NCBI GenBank assembly: GCA_013239625.1
Contig: MU054391.1
Location: forward strand, 5,413,824 to 5,477,823
DNA: 64,000 bases
Source of the DNA: Lama guanicoe
Taxonomy: Eukaryota
Reading direction: 5' to 3'
In this document: positions 13,225-24,930 of the stretch, in pieces
Layout of the letters: the number at the start of each line of letters is the position of its first letter
How positions within the stretch are numbered: position 1 is the first letter of the stretch
The notes under the pieces: model-generated
Databases searched by the model: none
Seen by the model: only the letters and a program-made list of their open reading frames with translations
What the model was told of the DNA's origin: nothing
Position numbers and translations under genes: made by a program

Positions 13225-13302
13225 ATGCTAACCTCACTATAACTCAATAACTCAATAAATAAATAAATAATAAAGTTTAAAAAAGATACATGCTAACCTC
13301 AC
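13225..13302 (+). mobile_element. Extremely 5'-truncated retroposon insertion (~52 bp) with 13-bp target-site duplication
   Basis: atgctaacctcac at 13225-13237 and 13290-13302 flanks tataactcaataactcaataaataaataaataataaagtttaaaaaag; tttt/aa site at the left. Confidence 0.7.
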
Positions 13303-13960
13303 GGGGAAAGCATCACCATTGACGTGGCCTTACAGCAGCATTTTAACCTTTTCTGCTCCGCCCATTGCCACTAGACAAGCAGCCCTTGGCATCTCTGTCA
13401 CATGGACAGTCGTCATTCGTGCCATCAGTTCTCTCCCTGGAGCCCTGTGGTCTCCCTGCCCTGATACACGTGGACGCTGCCATGTGGCATCAGCGGGTGA
13501 CAGGTGACCATCTGAATCTTCCCGCCCAGAGATTGTATTCTGTAAAGCGGGAGGAGCTAGGTTTCCTTGGAGCTGCATTCTGATGGGAAGAAACCCTAGT
13601 GTTCTTGCATCTTCTCTTCCCTGTGATCACCTGTCTGTGTGCTAACACATTCACAGTGATAATTTGTCTTTTGGGAGCTCATTATAAAAAACCATTCAAA
13701 ATTAAATTTTAAGGTAATTTGATATGTTTGTTACAGTGAGGATATTATAATGTGAAATTTAACATAAATCCACTTCGTTGTCAATAAAGAAATATGTCTA
13801 AATGTATATAGCTAGTAGCTTTTAGATCAATAACTATTAAACTACCGAGCAGAGCATCAGGTTCACTGTTGGAAGTTGGGTATGCTGTATTTTAAGTTCT
13901 TGTACTATAACTGAATATTGTTGTTTTTCTCCCAAATGCATTTACCTTTTGTGACCGAAG

Positions 13961-13969
13961 TCTAGGAGA
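13961..13969 (+). CDS. ASAP2: 9-nt alternative microexon encoding SRR (BAR-PH linker)
   Basis: ...cttttgtgaccgaag|TCTAGGAGA|gtaagt; perfect donor; phase 0/0 between exons ~9 and ~10; upstream TGC and downstream TGCATG; matches the SRR insert I recall from ASAP-family isoforms. Confidence 0.85.
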
Positions 13970-15200
13970 GTAAGTAGTTCAGTATTTTAATAAATTATAG
14001 AAATTTGCATGCTTTTTTCATGAACTTCAAAAAAACCGATATTCTTTCCATGTCTATATTAATGGCTAGTAGTGTTTTTAATGTTTACTCTTCCTCTTTC
14101 AGTAGCAGTGGGTTTTATTAAAGGCTCAAGAATTTGAATGCATAAATATTAGTGAAATGGAAGTTTTCCACATTTACACTTTAGCCTTCGATGTCACTCC
14201 TTTGTGAAAGTGAAGCGGCTCGCCCCCTCCCCTTCCGCCGCACAGCTGAGTTCTGTGTGTCCTTCTAAGGCACCTTGAGCCCTGCGTCTGGAAGGCTGCC
14301 CCGGCTCACCCCAGCCCCGGTGATGTGCTTCGCACACTGTTTGAAAGACGTCTCTCAGTCGCAGTGTATAGAGTTTGAGGGTTGTTGGCCATGTCTGCAG
14401 GTGCACAGATGCTTTTTCTCCAGCTCCAGGTTGAAGATGCCCTCCTGTCTTCTGGGCCTTTCTGGCTATCACGCCATGGTACCATGTGGCTCATTTAGTA
14501 GGCTCTTGGTAAACATGGGTCAAAAGTGAGAGACTGGCAGACTGAGGGTCACGTGTGGTGCTGGGAATTACCCAGAGCACAGGGACTTCCTCCCAGTCTA
14601 GAGAATATAGGTCCTGACACTTTGATATTCTCAAACATGGAATAAAAGGAGAAAAAGAAAGAAAGAAAAAAAAGAACTCAAGAGTATGGAGAATATAGTG
14701 GCCTGATTGTGACCAGAAGAGGCAGCACTAATGTGGGAACCGGAATGCCACCAAGGCAGCCAGCTCTCCATTGGGCTCTTGTCCGAGGAGGAGGAGGATC
14801 AAACGCGTGAAGCAGAGCTCAGGTTAGAAATACAAGAGAGCAGATGTTGGCGTTCAGTAGCCTCTGGGCACAGTGCAAGGGCCATGTTTGCTTTGGCTGT
14901 GCAGAAGGAGGCGGTTTGGGAAAACTGGCTGTTGTCAGAAAGCTGGTTATGTATAGCTTTGCCGAAAGTGTAACAGATTTACCACCATAGACCAGAAGTC
15001 TTTTATGGTTTGCTGTTTCTGTGTTTTCTGTTGACCGGCCCGTCTGCCCTGGATTGCGCAGACGGGTCACGTGCATCTTCCTTACTGCTCTCCTTCGGCT
15101 CTGTGTCCAAAGAGCAAATTCACCGATTTCCTGGTTGTGAATGAGTCGTATTTTCTGTGTATCACACTCTGCATTGCTTTTTGATGATGGTATTCTGTAA

Positions 15201-15245
15201 ATGGGACAGTCTGTGAACACAATCACAAGTAATAAGCCAATGTGT
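15201..15245 (+). CDS. Candidate coding part of an internal alternative first exon (MGQSVNTITSNKPMC)
   Basis: In-frame TAA immediately before ATGG, 15 open codons, then gtaagt at phase 0, compatible with exon ~10. Sequence-only inference. Confidence 0.35.
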
Positions 15246-15729
15246 GTAAGTTAAATTTTACCTATTTTAAAATATTTTTTACGACCGGGGTCCCTCCAAT
15301 TATGAGAGCTGAACATCTGGGCATTGTTGTTCAGCTCACATTCCTTGTTTTTGGATTCTCATCTGTGACATAGAAAACTGAAAGTGTTGATGGGTTTTAT
15401 TCAGTGTTATTAAAAATTTCTAAATCTAACTACATAATTATAGTCCATAAAAATTAGGTAACATGCCCCAGGGAAACTGCAATGATGGTTGATGGAGCTA
15501 CTCTCCTGTTTTCTTCCTACAAATCTGAACTGTCAATCGTCCGGTCTAAGTAAAGCACGTGGCCGTTACACATGGGGGCTTGGGGTTGCCTCTCTGTCTC
15601 CCTCAGCTCCACTTTGGAAAGGAGTCCTGTCATTATGATTTCAGTGCCCCGACACCTCCAGATCACTCATGTCCTACTTTGTTCTTAATATTTCTGCTCT
15701 CTGTGAAGAGGATGCTACTGTTTGATTTT

Positions 15730-15825
15730 TCTATTATTTTATTTTGTGACGTTTCAGACTTACAAAAAAAGTTGAAAAATTGTACAGTGAACACCTCTAT
15801 ATCCATCATGGTTTTAACATTTGGA
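15730..15825 (-). mobile_element. Short L1M 3'-end fragment
   Basis: tttcagacttacaaaaaaagttgaaaaattgtacagtgaacacc resembles the antisense L1MC/ME tail. Confidence 0.55.
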
Positions 15826-16739
15826 AAAGATCCCTTCCTTCTAGCAAGTCAGAACCTTCAGTACTGCTCATCTTGCGTGAACCCTCTCCCTGCGATCCTT
15901 CCCTCCTCCCGCCTTCCGCATCCCACGAGCGTCCACCTCAGTGGGGTTCTGCCGGGACAGGTCCCCCTGTGGTGCCGGAGGACCCTCTGCTGTTTGATGT
16001 TGGGAGCCCAGACTTGTGCTGCTGCGGGGAGGATTGAGGCTCTGGGGGGTGGCCTTGATAGGTGTAAGTGCTGGAACCGCAATGGTGTTTCCACTTTGGA
16101 GATCTCAGGTGTGGTCTCTCTTCCTGTGAGCTTTGCTTCCCCCTCTGAAAGCGTCCTTGTCCAGTGGGATGTGGTGGAATAGAGGTGCTGTTCAGGCAGT
16201 GGAGCACCATCACAGCCGTAATTTTCTCCTCGCTCTGCTTTTCCGGTCTGGACTGGCATGTCCTATCATGTCCAAATCTGGCCTTAGTCACTACCCTAGG
16301 GCCAGGTGTCCGCCTCCCTGCCTCTCCTGTCAAGCCCTGGGTAGCCTAGGAGTGGCCTTCAGTTCTGCTTGGGTGGAAGACTTGTTTGTGGATTCACACA
16401 TTCGACTGCCATGTTCTCAGCGGTCACTCTCAGCCAGGCATTGCACAGACACACCAGAACAAGGCAGATACGGTTCTTACCTCCTAAAGGCTCCCGGTCT
16501 TGAAGGAGAAGTGAGGGCAGTCCAGTGTGGAGAGAGCTCTGAGGTCAGCTCCAAGAACGGGTGTCACTCCGGCTTGGGGTAGGCAGCTGTGTGTCAGGAA
16601 GGAGGGTTTGGGGCATGATTCAGAGTTAGTAGAGTCCCAGCGGGTGGGGACAGGCAGGCCAGCTCCTGACTGGGGCAGGAAGTGTGCCTGGGTAGCTCAC
16701 TGTCTAGCTGAGCGGAAGAGCAGGTGTCTTACCATTTGA

Positions 16740-16990
16740 TTCCTAGGTCTTCCGCTTCCTGCCAGAATGAAATTGAACTCTGACTTCTCCATGCCTTGGC
16801 CTCTTCATCTGTAAAGTAGGAGTGACATTGCCTACTTCAGAGAGTTGTTACGAGATCTAAAGGATACGTTCTGTAAAGCAGTTAACACGTTGACTTAATA
16901 AACTGACACTGATTCATTCATTCATTTAACAAATACTGACTCCCAGATGCTGACGATACAGCAGTGAACAGAGAGGGCCCAGTTCCCTGC
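16740..16990. mobile_element. MIR (+) followed by L2 3' end (-)
   Basis: MIR core ctcttcatctgtaaagtagga...gagttgttacgagat; then attcattcattcatttaacaaatact. Confidence 0.65.
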
Positions 16991-18969
16991 CTCTTGGTCG
17001 TTGAACAGTAATGGGGGGGTGTTTCTCAAGGGGTTCCACTTGACCCTCCTCTGCTGGCTTGTCATCTGGCACCTTGTCTTCATGACACAGCTCTCCCACG
17101 ACACGCACGTCCCGGTTTCCGTGCCTGGTCAGCACCCCAGCTGTCCTCTCCCTCCTTGTCGGGGACCTGCTCTCTGTGGTCTGGCGTTTCCTGCGTGCTG
17201 GACCCCTCAGGTGTTCCCAGGCACTTTATGAGCGTGACCGGTGATCCTCACAGCGGCGTGGCGGGGCAGGTGGTGGTGGCCCTCGTTTACGACTGGAGTC
17301 TGAGAGAGGATGAGTGCACTTGCGGGGGCCCACTCAGGAGTGCTGGGGCCAGGCCTGAGCTCTGGTCTGCTCCTGGCAGGACTGTTCTCTTCAGGCTCTA
17401 TCGTGTGACTGTAATATCTTGTGTCAGGTAGAATCTTTTGAACAGTTGCCCAGAAATAATGAAGAATAGGTGGTAATGAGATTTGGAAACACTGTTCTTA
17501 GACCACTGCTTAGAGCTTGCTTAGCACAGACTCCAGCTCCCGTGGACATACCTGTCACAGCTTGGGAAGGTGGGGAGTGACAGGCCATCACAGCCCTCCC
17601 TGGGCAGAGAAACTTTAAGCGTCCAGAGGTGAGTCCTCGGTAACCCATTCATCACAGTAACTGAGCACAGACTTCCTGAGACATGGATAGAAAACGTTAA
17701 AGTGTCTGCGATGCTCTGGGGGCTCGGGGGCTTGGGAATATGTCTGATGTTATGGGTAAACCTATATCCATAGGATCTGAGAACTTGTCTGGATGTCACT
17801 GGACAGAGGATATGTGGATGTCTGTAGGATTTTATGAGAGCTTTCTGCAGGTCCATAGAATGTCCACTTAACCTACGTGCTTCAGACATACAGAGTCTGC
17901 ACGTGGCGAGGCGCACGCAGTCAAGTCTTGGGGCATCCTTGGCTCTTCCAGGGGAGCACAGAGTACGTTGCAGAGTCTCCAAGAATCCGGGCGTCATGGA
18001 CCCCCCGCTAGTTGCCTGTGTGTATTAGATGATGATGATTCTCCCCAGAAAGAAAGGCTCTTTTTTCTTGAATTATATTCCATTAAATTGAAATCTTGAT
18101 TGTGTGAAAGAGCCAACTTCATTTTTCACCCCTTCCCTGGATCAGGTGTTACATGAAACAGGTGAAGAAAGCCTGTTTTTGTTAGGTCACCTAGAAGTCA
18201 CCTAGAAGATGTTGAAATAATTAGTTCTAAAGCAGATTCAATCTTATGTTACATAGATTATATTCCCCTTCCTTACAAAGTTTAAAATTTATAGTTTCAG
18301 GTTTCCTTGCATTTTTTAATTCAAGAAATGCCTTGTCTGAAGAACGAAGCAGTAATTTCTTCCGTAGCCTCTGGCATAGGATCTGATTCTGTTGGAAAGA
18401 AGAGTGTCCTTTATCCTGTTTATAAGACCCGTGAAGAGTTTTGATTAACATGCTTGGCATGAACACTTTTAGCGGTGTTGCCACATGACTTCACGACCCG
18501 TTTTGTGCAGTTTTTTCCCTTTGCAAATCAATAGACGTATCCCTTGGTTGTGTAATTTAGTCTTTTGACAGGTTTATTTTTAGCCTTTCACGGAGATTCA
18601 TGCAGGTGAACAGCATTTCTCCGTTTCTCCTCCACTGCATTCATTTCCGTTGCTGTTTAAAGCTGGGTTTGCTCCACATTTCTGGTGCTAGTATGAGCTG
18701 CCCTTTGGAGAGAATGGGGAACCTGGGAGCATCCTCCCCCGGGGAGTGAGCTGCTCTCCCTCGTTGTCCAGAGGCTTGAGTGTTGCGTGAACTCCCTGTG
18801 GAAAATAAGGACGTTGCTCCTATTTGGGGTCTGCTTGTTCGGGCTCTGTTGTCAGTTCAGTAATGGAATGCTCGAGCGCATCATTTATTTCACACATTAA
18901 GATTTTTTTAAAAAAAAATTTGCAACGATATCCCATATACATTTTAGAGTTTAAAAAATTCAGTGCTAG

Positions 18970-19640
18970 ATCGCCCGTGTTCATAGATTGGAAGACTTCA
19001 TATTGTTAGGATGACAGTACTCCCCAAACTGATCTACAGATTCAGGGCTAACCCTATCGGAATCCTAGCTGCATTTTTGCAGAAATTGATGAGCTGATTC
19101 CAGAATTCATAAGGAAATGCAAGGGACCCAGAATAGCCAGACCAATCTTGAAAAAGAAGAACAAAGTTAGAGGACTCACACTTTATGATTCAAAACTTAC
19201 CACAGTGCTGTAATAATCAAGACAGTGTGGCAGTGGCATAGTGTAAGGATGAACATACAGATCAGTGAAGTAAAAGTGAGTCCATAAATGAACCCTCATG
19301 TTTATGGCCAGTTGATTTGCAACGGAAGCACTAAGACAATTCAGTGTAAAGAATGATCACTTCAACAGATGATGCTGGGTCAGTTGGCTGACCAAAGCAA
19401 AAGAGTGAATTTGGAACCCCTGNNNNNNNNNNNNNNNNNNNNNNNNNNNNNNNNNNNNNNNNNNNNNNNNNNNNNNNNNNNNNNNNNNNNNNNNNNNNNN
19501 NNNNNNNNNNNNNNNNNNNNNNNNNNNNNNNNNNNNNNNNNNNNNNNNNNNNNNNNNNNNNNNNNNNNNNNNNNNNCAAAAAAAGAGTAGATAAATTGGA
19601 CTTCATCCAAATTAAAAACTTATGTTTCGGAAATCTTTTC
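18970..19640 (+). mobile_element. LINE-1 ORF2 fragment (L1M-type), spanning the assembly gap
   Basis: gtgttcatagattggaagact...ccccaaactgatctacagattc...gacccagaatagcc...aacaaagttagaggactcacact; resumes after the Ns with gataaattggacttcatc. Confidence 0.9.
19423..19576. other. Assembly gap (154 N)
   Basis: Run of N in the sequence. Confidence 1.
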
Positions 19641-21060
19641 CTTAAGGCTGCCAAGAGTCCAGGCGGCTGCTGCTTTCAGATGGAGTCTAGACTCTGACTC
19701 CAGCCTGCCCATCCCTGCAGCCAGTGGCCCGCCTTGTCTGAGCTGCTGCATTTGTCCTTGTTTCCCTGGACGGCGGCCATGGCCTCCGCCCCCTCCTCTG
19801 TGTGTGTCCCTCCCCTTCTCCTCTGCCAGTTCTTGCCTTCATCTTTAAAACTCACCTCTTGCAGACTCTCCCATGGTTTTGTCTGTTTGACTCTTCACTT
19901 CTCGAGCCTTATATTTGGCTCAGACCACGGTGACTGTCGTGTGTTGGTTCTTCCACTGCTTGGGCGGTGCTTGGTTCCCTATGGGATGGCCAGCTGCTTG
20001 ACGCTGGAGCTGAGGCCAGCCCTGGGTTCGTGGGTGTCCTCTGGTGAGGGCACGTGGTGCTGTGGAAGGGACATCAGTGCGATGCAGAATTCCCTCCCAC
20101 CCTCCGCTGGGCTCCAAGACGTCTGCCTTGAGCAGATCACTTATTTTCATTGTTTCTCTTCCTTCTGTGTTGAAAGGACTGGGTGGGGGCTCTCAGGGAC
20201 AGACAGAGGCAGCGCTTAGCCCTGCCTGGGTGACCTGTGAACTCTTTGTTCACATTTTGCTCCCCTTTGTTACCTTTGCCAGAATTTCTGGCTTTGGCAC
20301 TTCTGGGATCATCTGTTAAACACCAGTGGAGTACGTCTTGGATCCCAGACCTTGGACGTAGGTCCAGGGGATTCATTGATGGTCTTTGCCCCCGAGAAGC
20401 TGGAGGCTGGGGTTTCCCAGTTGTGGTGGACTTGACCAGATTCTCAGCTGGCCAAGTGGACTGTCTGCCCCGAGGCTGAGGCAGCTGAGGTCAAGGCCAT
20501 GGCGCCTCTGCTGGGATTGCCGGGGTCAGGAAGTGAATATTGCTCATGCCTGTTATGTAGCAGGTGTTCACACGCCTGGTCCCACTCACGCCTTCCTGCG
20601 TTCGCTGTCCTTACTAGATCTTGTTTGCTCAGGAGGAAACTGAGGCAAGGAATGCACGTAACTTGCCTGAAGCATGAGGCAGAACATTGTTTTGTGTCTT
20701 TCGCTTGAAAGCCCTGCCTTTTCCCACATGGGTTTCCTTCCTCCTCGTGGGCTGCTGTTGCCAAGCCAGGGGCTTCTTGCCACTCTCAGGGACTGAAGGC
20801 TCATAAATAAGTAAAATCTCATAACTTCCAAATGGCTCGTCCTTTCAGCCAGTCTGGGGATACTGGATTTTGCCATTTCCTCCTCTGTCCTTTTAAACGG
20901 CATTTATGAGTTCCTGGATATGAGTTTTAGTCTTTATTGGTGTGGTAAGAGGGGCGATTTCTCTTTAAAAAAAATTTAGCGGAAAAGTGTTCTTTGTGTA
21001 CTGCTTTTTAAAAAATTGGAATCTGGGCAGGATCAAAAACAACATCTTGACCATTTCCAG

Positions 21061-21164
21061 GATTCACAACTTCGCCAGAGCACAGCCTACAGTTTACACC
21101 AGCCTCAGGGAAACAAGGAACACGGGACCGAGCGGAATGGCAGCCTCTACAAGAAAAGTGATGG
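21061..21164 (+). CDS. ASAP2: ASAP2 exon ~10 (104 nt): DSQLRQSTAYSLHQPQGNKEHGTERNGSLYKKSD(G), start of PH
   Basis: atttccag|GAT...GATGG|gtatgt; phase 0 to 2. Confidence 0.96.
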
Positions 21165-21258
21165 GTATGTAGGTGGCGCGGCTAGAATTTTAGTGTGTTT
21201 GTTATTGCCTGTGTCCAAAATTTCTGAACTCTCCTTTTTTTCCCCTTTTATCTGTAAG

Positions 21259-21328
21259 GATCCGAAAAGTGTGGCAGAAGAGGAAATGCTCGGTCAGAAA
21301 TGGTTTTCTGACCATATCCCATGGCACC
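21259..21328 (+). CDS. ASAP2: ASAP2 exon ~11 (70 nt), PH: IRKVWQKRKCSVRNGFLTISHGT
   Basis: tctgtaag|G...ACC|gtaagt; follows a 94-nt intron. Confidence 0.96.
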
Positions 21329-24300
21329 GTAAGTATAATCTTCTTCTGGGGCGGGTGGCAGGGCCCCGAGGGGACTCACGTGGCTCTGCGCGTGCTGAGG
21401 CACAAAGGATGCCTTTTAAAGACGTTCCCTGCTGAGGAAAGCTTGCTTGGGCTCCTCCCCGGTTTGGTGCACCTGCCCCTCATTTGCGCTCTCCTGGTCA
21501 GGGACACCTTGCTGTCTGTCGCTCACTGAGGAGCAGAGTCAGGAATATGCGAGGAGCCAGGTGGTCTGAATTTAGATGTCCGTGACTTCTGCAAACAAGC
21601 AGCAAGCCGCTCCCCAGCTTTCTTTGTCTCTAGAAATTGAACATCACCCTTGGGAAAATTTCTGCTTTTCCATTAAGGGAACAGAGTTTAGGTGGTCAGG
21701 ACTCTGGGAGCCAGACATCCAAGAGAAGAGAGATTGCAGTAATTTTATTATAGACATACTGCACCCGGCCTTAACCAAGTTCTTTTTCTACAACCCCATG
21801 TATAACTGCCCATGCAGGAGACTGAGCCCTGAACGTTGCACCAGTTGAAAAACCAATCAATAAAATGGCTTACTAATCTGGCTTTCTTAGACCAAGAACT
21901 GTAACCACAGTTACGAACACAGCCCTTTTCCACAGAGGTGCTAGGCATGTTATCACCTTGCCTGGCGTGGCAGGATCCAGTGAAAGCCACGTCGGCTGGT
22001 AGACATTTTCGAAAATGTCTGACGGCTGAGTTGGTTGCTGTTTGAATCAGCATTGATGGTGGCCTGCATTTCTGGGCCCTGGACGGGAGGCCTGGCCCTG
22101 ACCTCAGCCCCGTGGGCGGCGGTAGTGGGGGTGAGCCTCAGTCTGCTTCTTCCTTCCCCTGGGCCCACCAGTTCCCCCAGACAAGCTTTTCGGGCCCCTG
22201 GACAGGTCATGGCTCAGTGTGGTTCCAAAGGAACGGCCCTTCTGGGTACTTAGGAGTAAGGCCGCAGAGTAAAACCCCACCTAGGACGGATGGCACTGCA
22301 GCATGGATCGTGTTCCACGGGCGGGGAGGGGGATGTCCCTTCATTTCTGCCGACTCTGTGTAGGAAGACAGAGACAGTAAGACCAGCAGGTACCAGTGTC
22401 GTCTCTGGGGCCGTCTGACCTTGGGGATTGAATGTATCTCCTGCCTGAGCAAATAAAGGTCATTTCTCTTTTCCAAAATCCAGCCTTCACTGGCCTTCTT
22501 TACACTCACCACGTCCCTCCCAGGGCCGTGTGGTTTGGATCCTGCTGTAATGTTCTTTCCATGCAGCCGTGTGCGTGTGTGCCTGGGTGCGAGTGCTGTA
22601 GACTAAGGGAAGCCAGCTTGCTTACCACCTCTCCTCTTTAAAGTCACGGATGTCAGACTGGATGAGAGCCAGGCCCCCTTCCTGCTCTAAACACTTGTGA
22701 GTCTGTGATTTGCTTTTGAATTGTTTTCTGCTTGGTCGTTTAACTCAGGTTTACTGTCTCTTATTCATGAAATCGGGCCGAGTTTCATCTCATGCTTGTT
22801 CACAGCTGTGAAGTCATTTGATGTATTTGCTTCCTTGAAGTGTTGCGCTAGACCCAAGGACCTTGGCTCAAGCCAGCCTGGCTCTCCCTCCACCACAGAA
22901 ACGAAAGCAGGCCTGGTAATCCTTTGCTGACGGCGTGAACTTTGGTTCTCATCACTTCCATTGCTCAAGCTGCCTCTCGAAAGACATGGAGGCTTAGGTT
23001 TTTGTTTGAATGTTGATGGGGTGCCCCGGTTGCTGGCAGATAGTACAGTTCTAACTAGCTTTCCCAGCAGACTGACGGCTCAGCTTGTCGCACCACATGC
23101 GTGTTGAGGAAGTGCGTTGTGGTGGGGAGTGAATCTCCACTCTCTGGATGCCCCCTCCTCCCTCCAGCTCCCTGGGCCTGGAGTGGCCGGAGTGGCCATT
23201 GCCTTCAGCCCAGAGGAGGGGGCTGGTGGGGGCTCTGTCCCTCTGCCTTCCCTGGGAAACAGCTGGGTTCCCGGGGCAGCTCCCTTTCCACTGCGAGGAG
23301 CTCATCCCTCTCCTTCCCCTGAGTGTCCTGCGTGCTGGGGGCAGCATCCGACACCCCAGTGCCCCTACATCTCCGGAGCATCGCACACTGTGCTGTAAAT
23401 GAGCCTCTACCAAGGGGGACGGGTGAGAGATGCCCTTTTGTTTGGTTTTGTTTTGATTTGGCTCCTTGTGTAGCTTGCCTGCTTAGCCAGCATCTCCCTG
23501 AGTACGCTAATCTACCATCAGGGGAAAAAAAGGCAGTTTTTTCCCAAGACTCAAGCAAGTAAATGGGGATCTAAGGGCAGAACTCAGCTGAGAATTGGGT
23601 CTTTCAGTCGTGGAAGCACAAGGTGTGTTTGCACTGTTAGGAAAGCCGGTTTCCTCCCGGGAAGCTGGCAGCCTCTAGGACATGAGAGTGTTGGATTCTG
23701 TTAGCAGAGGGACAGCAGTAACATCTGGGGTGAATTCAGTGGAAGCCCGAGTTGGTATTCCCCGTTAGCCAAGGCTAATTGTGTTTTCTGGCACAGGAAG
23801 AAGTGATTCTTGGGACAAAATAACTCTAATTAGGGATCCTCTTTGCCAAATTCATAGCTTTGCCACACTGCCAAAGGCTGGGGACCGTGTTAAGCTGGAA
23901 GAAATGTCTGTTGGTTCTTACACAATCTGAAAAAAAATTTTTAAATGATCATCAATCATGCGGAAAGAAAAATACAAACTTCCTTTTAAAAGCCTGACAC
24001 ACTGATGGGAAACTGAATGGCTTGACTGAGATGGGAGCTTCACTGGCAGTCCACGCCTCCGAGGCAAACACTCAGAGGGGCGGGTCTGTTTCCTATCCTT
24101 CCAAACCGGGGATTCTCAAGTCGGGCTCCCAAGGAACACCAGCACCCGATGAGTTAGATAGACCTGTTCTGTAGCTAAATTTAAATGATGACAGCGTTTA
24201 ACTCAAACTGTGGCAGGGAAGGAATTTAATGGATAGAATGTTCTCTATTTTAAAATTTTCTTCCGTAAATTTTTCTTACAGCTTTGCTGGCAGCTAATAC

Positions 24301-24714
24301 TTAATCTGAATAGGCCAGTAGCAAACAATGACTCATGTGAGACTTAGAGCCGCTTAAGATGGTCAGCTTCTGTGTTCTCTGGACCATTTTCACGCTTGTC
24401 ATCTTTGAACAGTAGCCACAGTTATTCTTTTCTCATTCTTCCTACTTCACTCATAGGCCCTGAATGTTTTTCCATATCCTGCAGTGCATACGCCGTGAAG
24501 TAAGAAATCCGTCTTTGACGGTAGTTGCGTCTCGGTGAGAATGAACAACTTTCCCAGCAGCACAGGGAGAGAACCACAAGTCGGAGAGGGACGAGGAGAG
24601 GGTGCTAGTCACTGATGTGTGGCTCTTGGCTGCAGGACAAGATGCTTAGAGATAACCCAGGAGGGGGTTGCTTTCTGAGGGCCATGCTGAGGGCCCAAGG
24701 GACTGGCCGTTAGG

Positions 24715-24930
24715 AGCTTGGGCGCTGGGGCCAGGCTGGCTTGTTCAAATATTGGCTTCACTGCCCCCAAGCTGTATAAGCTCAAATTATTTAACCTATT
24801 GCAGCCAGTCTCTTTATCTATAAATTTGGAGTAGTTCCTACCTCAGAATGCAGTTAAGAGAATGAAATGAGTTAATTCATTAAACATGTTAGAACAGTGT
24901 CTGCCTCATGCAAGTGCATAATGAGATGGC
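24715..24930 (+). mobile_element. MIR SINE
   Basis: ttcaaat...attatttaacct...ctacctcagaatgcagttaagagaatgaaatgagttaat...gttagaacagtgtctg. Confidence 0.75.
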
